Under the pieces are notes generated by a model that saw only the letters and a list, made by a program, of their open reading frames with translations, did not search any database and was not told the origin of the DNA. A DNA stretch of 64,000 nt, taken from positions 1,536,001 through 1,600,000 of the forward strand of contig CAWBAT010000005.1 of assembly GCA_963786955.1 (NCBI GenBank). Direction: 5' to 3'. Both the position numbers and the translations under genes were made by a program. Within the stretch, counting starts at the first letter, position 1, and every line of letters starts with the position of its first letter. Positions 1-10,929 of the stretch are shown here, piece after piece. This DNA comes from an uncultured Acidimicrobiia bacterium (GTDB lineage Bacteria > Acidobacteriota > Terriglobia > Versatilivoradales > Versatilivoraceae).

Positions 1-151
1 GAATCATATACGTGCTCAGCCAGAGAACACGATCCTGAATGTTCTGGAGAATGTCCAATTCGGAAGCGTCAGCAGACCGTTTTGCCGCTTGCGTTTTAAC
101 GCGGGCTATTGATTCTTGAGAACGATTCTCGTGGTTGATGAGTCCCGACAT
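1..151 (-). CDS. N-terminus (partial, runs off the window) of a thiamine-diphosphate-dependent pyruvate dehydrogenase E1 / transketolase-like protein
   Basis: Not in the ORF track. Manual translation from ATG at 151 gives MSGLINHE...ELDILQNIQDRVLWLSTYMI, resembling the RVLWLxxxMIH N-terminal motif of AceE-like/transketolase-like proteins. A purine-rich RBS lies upstream. Confidence 0.7.
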   Translation of the reverse strand, partial: MSGLINHENRSQESIARVKTQAAKRSADASELDILQNIQDRVLWLSTYMI

Positions 152-391
152 CTTTCCCTCTCCCATGAATTGACAAGATTTCCCGATGCCATTGTCCGCT
201 GTAAAAATCTTCGCCGTGGAGTCGACAGCCCTCCACCGCAACTTGAAGGGCGGACAACCCCAAATTCTACCATTGGAAGCCTAACGGGCGATAGAAAATG
301 TCTGATGAGATTTCTGGTGAGATTTTACTTTGGAAGGCACTATGATGAGCACGGTCAGATTCTGCAGGACAATCCTCCCAGGAGGCTGCCC

Positions 392-1915
392 ATGATTGAA
401 GCTGCCGGATCGGATAGCCCTCAGCCCAGAGTGGGACTGGTAACGTTCACTGACGATCGAGTGAACATCTTTTCCCGGGAACACGAACTAAGTCTGGAAC
501 GAAAGCACCGAGAATTACGGGCCTTCCTCGAAGAGGAGGGGTTCCATGTAGTGGATGCCATGGAGCGTCTGCGTGGATCTGCCTCCATCGATTGGTTTGG
601 TGTCCATAGTCCTGCAGAAGTGCGCGCGGTAGCCGACTTTCTCCGGGAAGGGCATGCGGAATGCCTCGTCATTGTTTCTCATTTCTGGACTCCACCTGGC
701 TTTGCAATCGAACTCGTTAAACGTTTGGATGTCCCGGTATGCATTTATGCAGAGCGCATGCTTTCCAGCATTATCTGCATCGGCGCGGGGCTCCAACAAG
801 TCGTCCCAAACCGGCACGCTCTCACGCACGAACGCCTGGTGGGAAAGGAACGACGACGTTTGCCCCATTGGGTTCGAGGCGTGACCGCAGTGGAAAAACT
901 GCGCTACGACAGCGCCATCTTGTTTGGGAGTACCTATTGCCTCAAGATGGAGCACCTGGAGGATGATCATGCGCGGCTGAAGCGCCTGCTTATCGGTGAC
1001 CTCCTGATTGAAGAGCAATCGATTTTCGTCGCGCGGGGTGAGCGAATCCGTCGAGAACAGCCGGAACGTATCGAGCGCTACAAACGCTGGCTGGTGGAAG
1101 GAGGAGCGCGGATCTGTTATGACGGGCAGCGAGTTACCGAAGAGGTGCTTGAGGTGCATATCGCTGACTTACTAGGTCTCCGTCAGAGGTTAGCTGAATT
1201 GAGTGAACACCGCATCCGAGGAGTGTCGGTTCGTTGCCAGCCGGAGCTGTCGGAAGAGCGCGGCATTACAGCCTGCAGCATCCCGGCGTTTTTGCCCTTT
1301 GCGGAGGACGCCGAAGGGGAGCATGAACCACTCGTCGTCATCTGCGAGGGAGATGTTCGGGGGTTGGTGACGTTGATGCTGCTGCACCGGATTGTCCCCT
1401 CCGTGCCGCCCACTTTCGGGGACATGATGGATGCCAGCGAACGATTCGTGCGAATCTCGAACTGCGGCAGCGCCGGCCTTTTTTGGGCGGCCCACTCGAT
1501 GCGTGCGAAAGACGCGTTGCCGCATCTGACCTTGGCGGGGAATTGGAATGCTTCCGGTGGAGCCGCTTTTGGTTATTACTCTCCGCCCGGAGAGGTGACC
1601 GTCGCTCGATTGACTCGAGTCAAAGATAGCTATTTCATGCATCTGGGAAAGGGTAACCAGTTGGCGATCGAGGGTGAGGTTGAGAAGGAAGTCCTTTCGA
1701 CTTTCGGAGGCTGTTGGCCACAACACGCCGTGTCCCTCGGCGTCGACCCCCATTACCTGATCCGTGCCATGGGGGCCAACCATCCATGTCTGACCTTGGG
1801 TGATCAAACGTTGGAATTGGAGTACGCTTGTCGCGAGGTAGGTCTTCCCGTGATTCGTATTGACTCGGACGAAGCACTTCATCGTTATTGTGACGAAACC
1901 ATTCCGCTCCAGTAA
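392..1915 (+). CDS. L-fucose/L-arabinose isomerase family protein
   Basis: ORF 116..1915; likely start is ATG 392 after AGGAGG. Motifs RCQPEL, CEGD, SNCGS, VTVARL and ANH match the FucI/AraA family. Confidence 0.75.
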   Translation: MIEAAGSDSPQPRVGLVTFTDDRVNIFSREHELSLERKHRELRAFLEEEGFHVVDAMERLRGSASIDWFGVHSPAEVRAVADFLREGHAECLVIVSHFWTPPGFAIELVKRLDVPVCIYAERMLSSIICIGAGLQQVVPNRHALTHERLVGKERRRLPHWVRGVTAVEKLRYDSAILFGSTYCLKMEHLEDDHARLKRLLIGDLLIEEQSIFVARGERIRREQPERIERYKRWLVEGGARICYDGQRVTEEVLEVHIADLLGLRQRLAELSEHRIRGVSVRCQPELSEERGITACSIPAFLPFAEDAEGEHEPLVVICEGDVRGLVTLMLLHRIVPSVPPTFGDMMDASERFVRISNCGSAGLFWAAHSMRAKDALPHLTLAGNWNASGGAAFGYYSPPGEVTVARLTRVKDSYFMHLGKGNQLAIEGEVEKEVLSTFGGCWPQHAVSLGVDPHYLIRAMGANHPCLTLGDQTLELEYACREVGLPVIRIDSDEALHRYCDETIPLQ

Positions 1916-2049
1916 AAGGGTTTTGCCCGATCGATCTATTGGGAACTGGCGCCCGCCGGAGCTGCCTCCGGCCTGCACAAAACATTAGATTCTGCCTCGG
2001 TACACATCGAACACGGACTTAGACACTGATACGCAAAGAGGTTTTGACT

Positions 2050-3186
2050 ATGACTCATCGTGAACGGGTGCTCACGGCCCTGGCCCATCAGGAACCTGAC
2101 CGCGTGCCCTTCGATTTGGGCGGAAGCGCCTATAGCATCAATGATGACCATTATTTCCCCTTGAAGAAGTATCTCGCAATTGAAGGTGACGTAGAACCCT
2201 ATCGCCATGGCCATACCGGGAACTTTTATGATGAGAGAATTCTTGAGGCGCTCGACATTGATTGCCGCCATGTTTGGCTCAAGTCGCCAAGCAACTTCAG
2301 GGTTCACATGAATCCAGACGGCACATTCAAAGATGAATGGGGAATCCCTTTGATTCGTAAGGGAGCGTTCATGTCGGTTGTCGGCCATCCTCTGGCTGAA
2401 GCGTCCATCAGTGATCTGGGCCAGTACCCTTGGCCGGATCCTTACGCTCCGGGCCGCACCACTGGTTTGCGCGAGAAGGCTCTCTACTATCGTCAACAGA
2501 CAGACTATGCCCTGGTATCGCGCGCGCCAATTTCGGTGGGACTTTTCGAGATCGGATGCTACTTGCGCGGGACAGACGTCTTTTTGATGGACCTGGTGGG
2601 CAATAAACCGTTTGCCCATGCGTTGCTGAAGAAGATTACGGAAATCCTGAGTGCCATCATGGAGGTTTACATGGAGGCCATTGGCGACCTGGTGGATATT
2701 GTGACTTGGGGCGAAGACCTGGCTCATCAACGGAGCATGTTTTTTTCACTCGCAACCTACCGCGAAATGTTAAAGCCTCACCATACGGAAATTTTTTCCT
2801 TGGTGAAGCGCATGGCCCCGAACGCTCGAATCATGTTTCATTCATGTGGCGCGGTAAGGCCATTAATCTCTGAGTTGGCGGACACAGGTGTTGATGTCAT
2901 TCAGTCCATCCAACCATTGGCGAACGGAATGGATTCTTTTGCACTGAAACGAGACTTCGGTAACCGGGTTTCTTTTCATGGCGGCATCGATGTGCAGCAG
3001 GCGATGACAGGGACCCTGTCGGATGTCGAGGAAGAACTGAAGAAAAGACTTCAAGCTCTTGCCCCCGGCGGTGGCTATATCTTGACAACATCGAACAACC
3101 TGCAGGCCGATATTCCCCCGGAAAATTTGGTCCGTCTTTTCCATCTCGCCAAAGAATGGGGCCGATACCCGATCCGAATTGAATGA
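2050..3186 (+). CDS. URO-D / MtaA-CmuA family TIM-barrel protein (paralogue 1)
   Basis: MTHRERVLTAL..EPDRVP, DEWG, FHSCG, FHGGIDVQ and GGGYIL. The HemE RQAGRY motif is absent. Confidence 0.85.
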   Translation: MTHRERVLTALAHQEPDRVPFDLGGSAYSINDDHYFPLKKYLAIEGDVEPYRHGHTGNFYDERILEALDIDCRHVWLKSPSNFRVHMNPDGTFKDEWGIPLIRKGAFMSVVGHPLAEASISDLGQYPWPDPYAPGRTTGLREKALYYRQQTDYALVSRAPISVGLFEIGCYLRGTDVFLMDLVGNKPFAHALLKKITEILSAIMEVYMEAIGDLVDIVTWGEDLAHQRSMFFSLATYREMLKPHHTEIFSLVKRMAPNARIMFHSCGAVRPLISELADTGVDVIQSIQPLANGMDSFALKRDFGNRVSFHGGIDVQQAMTGTLSDVEEELKKRLQALAPGGGYILTTSNNLQADIPPENLVRLFHLAKEWGRYPIRIE

Positions 3187-3280
3187 CTGCAATGATAGGC
3201 GCCTGAAGGCCGATTCAATAAACCCAAACGAATTTCTCAGCGCTACATAATCCTTAGGGTGGGTAAACGTTCTGAGTCCC

Positions 3281-4849
3281 ATGACAAATACGCCGATTGA
3301 GCGGGACAGCTACCTCGTTGGAGTTGATCTTGGCACAACCCTTGCCAAAACGGCTGTGTATGACACGACGGGCCGGTTGCTTGGAGAAGCGTTCCGGGAA
3401 ACGCAGATACGCTACCCCCGCCCGGGGATTGCCGAGCAAGACCCCGCGGAGTTTTACCAGTCTGCAGTGAGTACCATTCGCGCTGCTATTGAACAGGCCA
3501 GAATCTCGCCCCATCGCGTAGCTGCTCTCAGCATTGACAGTCAGGCGGGAGGTATCCTGGGTATTGATGCCGACTGGAAGCCCGTCATGCATTTTGACTC
3601 CCCCCTAGATACGCGCAGTACCCCCCTGAAACACCGCATGATGGCGACAGCCGGAGAGCGCATCTTTCAGCTTTCAGGAGCTTCGCCGACATACGGCCAG
3701 AAACTCTTGTGGTGTAAGGAAGAAAATCCACAGGCGTGGAAGAGGGTGTATAAGTTTATCCAGCCCGCCGCCTACGTCGCTGGCCTTCTGGCCGGGCTGA
3801 GTGGGGAGCAGGCTTATATGGAAACCACCTTCATATGCTGGTCAGGGTTGAGCGATACCGCTCGAATGGACTGGTCTGAGGAGCTGTGCCAAATCTTTGA
3901 TGTCCCTCTGCGGGTTCTGCCACGAATCGTATCAGCGCACGAGATTATCGGCACCCTGCAACCCGCCGCGGCTCGTGATTGTGGGTTGCCAAGTGGAGTC
4001 CCGATCGCCGCCGGGTGTGCTGATGCTGCAGCGACTCTGCTTGGCGCCGGCGTGATTGAGCCTGGGCTGCTCTTTGATATCTCGGGTACTGCTTGCATTT
4101 TTGGAGCATGCATCAATCGCTACCAGACCGACGTCGCGACCCGAACGCTTTCGTGTATGAACGGTATCTTGCCGGGTCAGTTCTATCAGCTTGCAATTGT
4201 CCTCGGCGGCCGGACCCACGATTGGTTTGTACATGAATTTTGCTCCGGCGAGACGAACGATTCAACTGCGGATGCGAAAAGCGTCTATGCTGGGATGGAC
4301 GCTCGGGCGGCAAGCTTGCCTCCCGGAAGTGACGGGGTGTTATGTGTCCCCCATTTGGGTGGGCGCTGGAACCCACCCGAACCGAATGTGCGCGGCCTTT
4401 GGATGGGTTTTGGGTGGGGGCATCGCAAAGAGCACCTCTACCGCTCCATCCTGGAGGCGGTGGCCTACGAATACGCCTTCTTTCTCGACCGCCTGCGGAC
4501 AACGATTCCTGGGATTCAATTCGAAGAAGTGCGCGTCATGGGGAGCGGGGCTAAGAGTCGGCTCTGGAACGAGATCAAGAGCAATGTCTTAGGGTTGCCT
4601 TATCGGAAATTAGCTCGGAACGATCTCGCCACCTGGGGCTCGGCCCTCCTGGCAGGTCATGCCGTTGGAATTTTCACGGATCTCGCCGCTGCCGCCAGGG
4701 CAAGTGCCAAAGTCACAGAAGATATTCTTCCCGATAAGAGCACGCAGCAGCTCTACTGCCAGTACAGGCTCCTTTACCACGAAGTCCTCAAACGAAACGG
4801 GGCGTCCTTCGATGCTTTGGCGAACATCGCCATTCGCAATGGAGTTTAA
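3281..4849 (+). CDS. FGGY-family carbohydrate kinase (xylulokinase-like)
   Basis: GVDLGTT, EQDP, GCAD, DISGT, ILEAVAY and GSGAKS motifs. Confidence 0.9.
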   Translation: MTNTPIERDSYLVGVDLGTTLAKTAVYDTTGRLLGEAFRETQIRYPRPGIAEQDPAEFYQSAVSTIRAAIEQARISPHRVAALSIDSQAGGILGIDADWKPVMHFDSPLDTRSTPLKHRMMATAGERIFQLSGASPTYGQKLLWCKEENPQAWKRVYKFIQPAAYVAGLLAGLSGEQAYMETTFICWSGLSDTARMDWSEELCQIFDVPLRVLPRIVSAHEIIGTLQPAAARDCGLPSGVPIAAGCADAAATLLGAGVIEPGLLFDISGTACIFGACINRYQTDVATRTLSCMNGILPGQFYQLAIVLGGRTHDWFVHEFCSGETNDSTADAKSVYAGMDARAASLPPGSDGVLCVPHLGGRWNPPEPNVRGLWMGFGWGHRKEHLYRSILEAVAYEYAFFLDRLRTTIPGIQFEEVRVMGSGAKSRLWNEIKSNVLGLPYRKLARNDLATWGSALLAGHAVGIFTDLAAAARASAKVTEDILPDKSTQQLYCQYRLLYHEVLKRNGASFDALANIAIRNGV

Positions 4850-4934
4850 AGGAAGGCCGGGATTCCGGGTTGCCCGCAAAGGGTGACAATGGCTACAGCT
4901 TGGCTTCAACAGGGACGGGAGAGTATGTTCGCGG

Positions 4935-5963
4935 CTAAAATTCCAGGGGATATCTTCCATATTTTTGGACAGATCGAGCCATCGTGAGCACGTTTTGAGG
5001 AAGCAAGTAGCCGGCCAAGCTATTACCACTGGTCACGATATAACCTCCTCCTGGCCCAATGTCCCGGATTAGCCCTCGAACTTCCTCTTCGACTTCCTCC
5101 GGCGTGCCCATGCCAAGGATGTTCAGGTCCACGTTCCCCATCAGACAGACCCGATTCCCATAGTTCCGTTTCATTTCCAGAATATCCACGGCCCCCTTTT
5201 CGTTGGGGTGCAACCCCGCAATCTTAAGGCTTAAGAAGTCTTCGACATAAGAAACCACGTTTCCATCACTATGCACAATCCAGGGTAACGTTATCTTTTC
5301 CCGTATCCGCTGATAGCGCGGAAAGATGACCTCGCGAAAAATTGTTGGGGAAACAAACGGTCCGGTCTTAAACGCAAAGTCATCGGTCGAGACAAAAACA
5401 TCAAATCCCATCTGGCAGACACGTTCGGCGACCGCTCCTGCCCAGTCAAAGTAAAGGTCTAGAACGGCTTCGACAAAAGGACGGTTTTCATAGAGGGAGA
5501 TGCAGAAATTTTCGATGCCCATGCTTATCCAGGCAGGGAAAAAACCGACCCGGCTGACCACGAAAGCGGCGTATGGTCCCTTTGACTGGGCAAAGGATTT
5601 GGCACCCTCATAGAGTGCCAAATCTCTAGGATCAGGTAGCTGGATCATGTCAAGATCCTTTTCAGTCTTGATCAGACCTTCACCATAGAATAGCCGGCCG
5701 TCCTGACCCGGGATCTTCTCAACGTACAGAGGAGGTCGCAACACGTAGGTGATGTTGTCCATTTGCAGCACTGAAGCGAGAGCCTTTGCTTCATCAACGC
5801 TGTAGGTATTGGCGTCCAAGTTGGCGGCCTGGTTCTCCACTTTCACCCAGCCCAAAAGCTGGTGAGCGAGCGCCCGGTCGATGCCCATTTCACAATAAGG
5901 GACTCGATCCGGTTGTTGACAGCATAAGGCTGCGAGTACTCTATCTCGTGATGTCATTTCCAT
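4935..5963 (-). CDS. URO-D / MtaA-CmuA family protein (paralogue 2)
   Basis: MTSRDRVLAAL..PDRVP, HSDGN, MGNVD and GGGYIV. RBS GGAGG precedes ATG 5963. Confidence 0.85.
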   Translation of the reverse strand: MEMTSRDRVLAALCCQQPDRVPYCEMGIDRALAHQLLGWVKVENQAANLDANTYSVDEAKALASVLQMDNITYVLRPPLYVEKIPGQDGRLFYGEGLIKTEKDLDMIQLPDPRDLALYEGAKSFAQSKGPYAAFVVSRVGFFPAWISMGIENFCISLYENRPFVEAVLDLYFDWAGAVAERVCQMGFDVFVSTDDFAFKTGPFVSPTIFREVIFPRYQRIREKITLPWIVHSDGNVVSYVEDFLSLKIAGLHPNEKGAVDILEMKRNYGNRVCLMGNVDLNILGMGTPEEVEEEVRGLIRDIGPGGGYIVTSGNSLAGYLLPQNVLTMARSVQKYGRYPLEF

Positions 5964-6208
5964 TTCATTCCCTCCGAGCACGGGCACCACTCAGTTGACG
6001 GACTCCCTCCCGATTCAAAGCCAGGAAAGGGATCAATCAAAAATAAACCGCCGAGTAACTTTTTCGGTTTGCCATAGGACCATAAGATAGGGAGGAATAA
6101 TAGCCGACTACGATGTTCCGAAGCTAGCCCATAGAAAATACCGAATGGGCAGTCTGCGACGACTGCAATGCCACTAAACAAAGCCCCCTGAGCCTTGCCG
6201 ACACACCC

Positions 6209-7054
6209 TCACATCAACGCAGTTGGCCGTCGAACCCAATTTTTGTTTTTGTTCTTTGCGATGGATTCCAGGTCCAAAACATAGGCAGTCGATTGAGTAA
6301 GAACGTGGTGCAGGTCGTTGCCGATGCTGATAAAGGTAAAACCCTTTTCAAGAAACTCACCCACGCGGGAGGTGCCGAACAGAAAGACACCCAGGACGAC
6401 CTGATTCTTTTTAGCCTCTTTGACGAGTGTCTGAGTGGCTTCGTTAAGCTCCGTTGACGTGTACATGTGCGGGAATTCATACGTCTCATAGAGTCCCATG
6501 GACATGCAAAGGTCGTTCTGTCCAAGGAACAGAATGTCGACGCCTGGGACGGCAGCAATCTCAGCCATATTCTGGATGCACGAAGCAGTCTCGACTTGCA
6601 GGGCAATCATGATGTTCTTGTTTGCATTGCCGACATAGCCGAGCAAACCAGCCTTGTTCGTGCTCCGCTGTGGGAAGTAGACCGAGCGCGTACCTGCCGT
6701 GGGATACCGGGCGCAACTGACGGCCTGAACTGCCTCATCTGCATTATTGATATAGGGCACAAGCACTCCGTCGGCTCCTAAGTCCAAAGCTTGTTGGATC
6801 CCCCCACGGTCATGATACCCTGCCACGCGGACCATGGATTTGGCTCCACCGCTGCTGATGGCGCAAAGCATTGCGGACAACATGTCGTAGCTCATCGGCC
6901 CGTGTTGCGTGTCGACAAGCAACCAGTCATAACCGCTGTGAGCTAGCTGTTCGGCGACCGTAATACTGTGCGAGTTGACAAAGAGTCCCATTTTGGGGAT
7001 CCCCTCGCGCAATTGCTTCTTGAAATCTGCCCCATTAACCGTATCTTTGCTCAT
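6209..7054 (-). CDS. HpcH/HpaI class II aldolase family protein
   Basis: GYDWLLVDTQHG, LDLGADGVLVP, QVET and FLGQNDL. Confidence 0.9.
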   Translation of the reverse strand: MSKDTVNGADFKKQLREGIPKMGLFVNSHSITVAEQLAHSGYDWLLVDTQHGPMSYDMLSAMLCAISSGGAKSMVRVAGYHDRGGIQQALDLGADGVLVPYINNADEAVQAVSCARYPTAGTRSVYFPQRSTNKAGLLGYVGNANKNIMIALQVETASCIQNMAEIAAVPGVDILFLGQNDLCMSMGLYETYEFPHMYTSTELNEATQTLVKEAKKNQVVLGVFLFGTSRVGEFLEKGFTFISIGNDLHHVLTQSTAYVLDLESIAKNKNKNWVRRPTALM

Positions 7055-7417
7055 GATGACTTACTCCTTCATACAGAGAAATTGGGTTTTTCTGGTTGAT
7101 TCATTCAAATCTCGCGCACTATACCCAACTCACAAGATCCCGTCAAGGAAGTCCGTTTTCGCGTATGATTGGAAACGCCGAACCACCCCAGACTTATTCT
7201 TGCGGCACTGCAAAGCGCAGGCTTTAAACAACTCGCCATGAGAACAGGGGAAACATTGCCAATCAAAATGGAAGTGATTACGATGTGCCTGGGGGGCAGA
7301 ATGAAGGGCTGGGAAGATCCCTCAGAGGTCCAGGCTTGAGGGTAAGAGGGCAGAGAAGAGAATCGCTTTGTGGCAGGAGATAAAGGATGCAGAATCTCCC
7401 CAAAGTAGGAGAATGTT

Positions 7418-8662
7418 ATGAATAGACGACAGTTTCTCAATAGTTCTGCAGTCGCTGCAGTGGCATTTCCGTATGTGAGCACTTCCCCTGTGCTTGGGGC
7501 AAACGATCGGATTCAACTGGGCTTCATCGGTTTGGGTGGACGGGCCAAATGGCTGATCCAGAATGAAGAGTTTCCAGGTGCGGAGATTGTCGCCTTGGCT
7601 GACTGCGCGCTGCCTCGCACTCACGAAGCGGCCGGGCTCAAGCCTGAAGGCTCCCGCTGGAAAAAGTATCAGGACTACCGCAAGATGTTGGAAAAAGAAA
7701 GACTCGACGCCGTTTTCGTCGAGACGACGACTCATGCGCGCGTCTTGATCATGATCGAGGCCATGCAGGCTGGGCTGGACGTGTATGGCGAAAAGCCTCT
7801 CACGCTCACGATTGCAGAGGGGCGGACTCTTGTGAACGCCACTCGACGGTATAATCGAGTACTGCAAACCGGCTCACAGCAACGCTCGATCCCGATCAAT
7901 GCTTGGGCGAGCCGGCGAATTCGCGAAGGTGTGCTCGGGAAAGTCCACACCGTACTGACCTACAATTTCCTGGCTCCGATCGGCTGGTACCCCAAACCTA
8001 CTCAGAACATGCCGGAAGGATTGGATTGGAATCAATGGTGCAACCAGACCGAACTGCGTCCCTATCACAAACAACTCCAATATCAGTGGTTGTGGTATTG
8101 GGACTACGATGGTGGCGGCCAGAGCTGGGGTGTCACTGGGTGGGGGGCGCACTCGCTCGACCAGGTACAGTGTGCTTTGGGGACCGATGATACGGGGCCG
8201 GTAGAGATCGAGCCGGAAGACTTTAATAGGGAGAGTAAGATGAGTTTGCGCTATGCCAACGGGACCGTTGTCCTGCTGGAAGGCGTCAAGCGGGATCATG
8301 CCGACCTTGGAGCGATTTTCCTCGGCGACAATGGAAAGATTGAAATCAAGCGCGGCTCCTGCGTGGCGAACCCCCCGGAATTGTTGAAAGATGCCCCGCC
8401 CAACACACCAGAGGGTCCGGCTGAATGCCAAGACCATATCCAAAATTTCCTGGATTGTATGCGATCGAGAAAGAAACCGAATGCCGATGTGGAGATCGGG
8501 CACCGTTCGACCTCCGTTTGTCAGTTGATCAATATCTCCCGGGATCTCGGGCAGAAATTAAAGTGGGACCCTCAGGCCGAGCGATTTCCCGACAACGAGC
8601 AGGCCAACACATTGCTGACCCGCCCGCGGCGCAAAGGGTTCGAGTTGCCGAAAATCACCTAA
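7418..8662 (+). CDS. Tat-exported Gfo/Idh/MocA oxidoreductase
   Basis: NRRQFL twin-arginine signal, IGLGGRA, EKP, QTGSQQRS and WGAHSLD. Confidence 0.9.
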   Translation: MNRRQFLNSSAVAAVAFPYVSTSPVLGANDRIQLGFIGLGGRAKWLIQNEEFPGAEIVALADCALPRTHEAAGLKPEGSRWKKYQDYRKMLEKERLDAVFVETTTHARVLIMIEAMQAGLDVYGEKPLTLTIAEGRTLVNATRRYNRVLQTGSQQRSIPINAWASRRIREGVLGKVHTVLTYNFLAPIGWYPKPTQNMPEGLDWNQWCNQTELRPYHKQLQYQWLWYWDYDGGGQSWGVTGWGAHSLDQVQCALGTDDTGPVEIEPEDFNRESKMSLRYANGTVVLLEGVKRDHADLGAIFLGDNGKIEIKRGSCVANPPELLKDAPPNTPEGPAECQDHIQNFLDCMRSRKKPNADVEIGHRSTSVCQLINISRDLGQKLKWDPQAERFPDNEQANTLLTRPRRKGFELPKIT

Positions 8663-8725
8663 GAGACCCGGTATTTTCAAATCCTAATCTCTTGCGCTCC
8701 GGACAAATCACTATATTCCACAACG

Positions 8726-10162
8726 ATGTTCACTGAGAATCAAATCGACCTTCACAACCTGTACCAGCGCTGGTCAGGGCAACCGGCCAAGAGTATTGTC
8801 CCCGTTTCCGCACATGGTTCAGGACGCCAATATTTTCGGATCCTAGGAGACCGTGAGTCTGTGATTGGCGTGCTGAATCACGACCGGAAAGAGAACGTCG
8901 CATTTATTAATCTCTCCGATCATTTCAAACGACACGGCCTGCCTGTACCCGAGATTTACAGTATGGACCTCGATCGCCACCTTTATCTGGAGCAGGACTT
9001 AGGCGATGAAACCTTGTTCTCGTTGGGAATGGCCCTTCGCGAAAGCGCCAGATTCCCTGACCGCCTGGTCGAGATGTACAAGCAAGTGCTGAACATTTTG
9101 CCCCGCTTCCAAGTTACCGCTGGTCGAGATCTCGATTATACGATCTGCTATCCTCGAGATCGGTTTGACGAACAGTCGATCCGCTGGGACTTAAACTATT
9201 TCAAGTATAACTTTTTGAAATTCGCCGAGGTCCATTTTGACGAACAGGCTCTGGAAGACGACTTCGACCGGTTCATCGATTTCTTATTGCAGACCGACCG
9301 CGAATTTTTTCTCTATCGGGACTTTCAGTCACGCAACATCATGTGGTTTCAAGACCAGCCATTTTTCATCGACTATCAAGGGGGCAGGAGAGGTGCGCTT
9401 CAATACGACGTGGCTTCTCTGCTGCTGGATTCCAAAGCGGATTTACCTTGGCCGGTTCGAGACGAACTTTTGGATTACTACATCGAGGTCGTCCGGAGTT
9501 ATATCCCGGTAAAACAGGAAGTCTTCCTGCAACACTACTATGGTTATGCATTGATCCGGATCATGCAGGCCTTGGGTGCTTACGGGTTAAGGGGTTTGTA
9601 TGAAGGCAAAGCGCACTTTTTTCGAAGTATCCCCTATGCCTTGCAAAATCTGGAAGGTCTTCTAGAGAGAGGACAGTTGCCGGTCCAGTTACCGGCGTTG
9701 ACCGATGCCTGGAACCAGCTGGTCCAATCCGCCTCATTGCGAGAACTTGGGCTCAAGTCAGGGTCGGGACTAACGGTGCATATTCAGAGTTTTTCCTACA
9801 AACGCGGTTTGCCCAGGGATAAAACCGGACATGGGGGCGGTTTCGTATTTGATTGCCGGGCTCTCCCGAATCCAGGCCGGCTCCCGATCTACGCTCCGCT
9901 GACCGGACAGGATGCAGACGTGAAGACGTATCTGGAAAAAGATTCAGATGTGCAGTCGTTTCTATGCCAAACCGAATACCTGGTCGATCAAGCGATAGAC
10001 CACCACCAAAAACGCGGATTCTCCGACCTGACGGTGGCCTTTGGCTGTACAGGCGGACAGCACCGTTCTGTGTTTTGCGCCGAACGCTTGGCGGCTCGTT
10101 TGAGCGCCAAAAAGGATGTTCAGATCGATCTCGAACATCGGGAGCTGGAACGGAAGTTATGA
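8726..10162 (+). CDS. amgK: AmgK-like MurNAc/GlcNAc anomeric kinase (APH/choline-kinase fold) fused to a RapZ C-terminal domain
   Basis: N-terminal GSGRQYFR, DLGD, YRDFQSRNIM, IDYQG and YDVASLL. C-terminal SFSYKRG, FVFDCRALPNP and FGCTGGQHRSV. ATGA overlap with a MurU-like gene. Confidence 0.75.
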   Translation: MFTENQIDLHNLYQRWSGQPAKSIVPVSAHGSGRQYFRILGDRESVIGVLNHDRKENVAFINLSDHFKRHGLPVPEIYSMDLDRHLYLEQDLGDETLFSLGMALRESARFPDRLVEMYKQVLNILPRFQVTAGRDLDYTICYPRDRFDEQSIRWDLNYFKYNFLKFAEVHFDEQALEDDFDRFIDFLLQTDREFFLYRDFQSRNIMWFQDQPFFIDYQGGRRGALQYDVASLLLDSKADLPWPVRDELLDYYIEVVRSYIPVKQEVFLQHYYGYALIRIMQALGAYGLRGLYEGKAHFFRSIPYALQNLEGLLERGQLPVQLPALTDAWNQLVQSASLRELGLKSGSGLTVHIQSFSYKRGLPRDKTGHGGGFVFDCRALPNPGRLPIYAPLTGQDADVKTYLEKDSDVQSFLCQTEYLVDQAIDHHQKRGFSDLTVAFGCTGGQHRSVFCAERLAARLSAKKDVQIDLEHRELERKL

Positions 10163-10929
10163 AAGCCATGATCCTGGCGGCAGGCTTGGGTACTCGCCTG
10201 CAGCCGCTGACGTTGAACCGGCCAAAGGCCTTGCTGGATGTTCAAGGGGTCCCGCTGCTCGGCTTAGTTCTTGCCCGGCTTGCCCAACACGGGTTTACCG
10301 ACATCGTGGTAAACGTCTATCACTTGGCCGATCAGATCGTTGCCTATCTGGATGAATATCAAAAAAAATCGGGTCCAGCCAGGCTGGGCCTTGCCGTATC
10401 AAGAGAGACTAATCTGCTGGATACCGGAGGGGGCGTGCAGAATGCCGCTTGGTTTTTTGGCGATGAGCAGCCGTTCTTGGTGCATAACGTGGATGTCCTC
10501 ACCGATCTTGATCTAAACCGGTTGATGGAGGCGCACCGAAGATCGGAGGCGCTTGCAACCCTGGCCGTGCGGGAACGGGAGACTACCCGCTACTTCCTGT
10601 TTGATGAAGAGGATCGCCTCTGTGGGTGGCAGTCTCTTGAATCAAACGAAACCCGTATGGCCCGATCGGTAAACGGTACACCCACACCCCTGGGCTTCAT
10701 GGGCATTCAGGTGCTCTCCCCAAAGATCTTTAAGAAACTCACAGCAGTGCCTCCATTTTCTCTCGTCGAGGCCTATCTACAACTGGCTGGTGCGGGGGAA
10801 TCGATTAAAGCGTTCCGGGCAGATGACTCACGCTGGATGGATCTGGGACGGAAGGAACATCTCGAGCAAGCTCCGTCATTATTCGGCACAGCATTTTTTG
10901 AAAACCTGAAGAATGCGGTCGGTTTTTGA
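10159..10929 (+). CDS. murU: MurU-like N-acetylmuramate-1-phosphate nucleotidyltransferase
   Basis: True start is ATG 10159 (MKAMILAAGLGTRLQPLT..PKAL), overlapping the upstream stop. Also LDTGGG, HNVD and WMDLG. Confidence 0.75.
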   Translation: MKAMILAAGLGTRLQPLTLNRPKALLDVQGVPLLGLVLARLAQHGFTDIVVNVYHLADQIVAYLDEYQKKSGPARLGLAVSRETNLLDTGGGVQNAAWFFGDEQPFLVHNVDVLTDLDLNRLMEAHRRSEALATLAVRERETTRYFLFDEEDRLCGWQSLESNETRMARSVNGTPTPLGFMGIQVLSPKIFKKLTAVPPFSLVEAYLQLAGAGESIKAFRADDSRWMDLGRKEHLEQAPSLFGTAFFENLKNAVGF

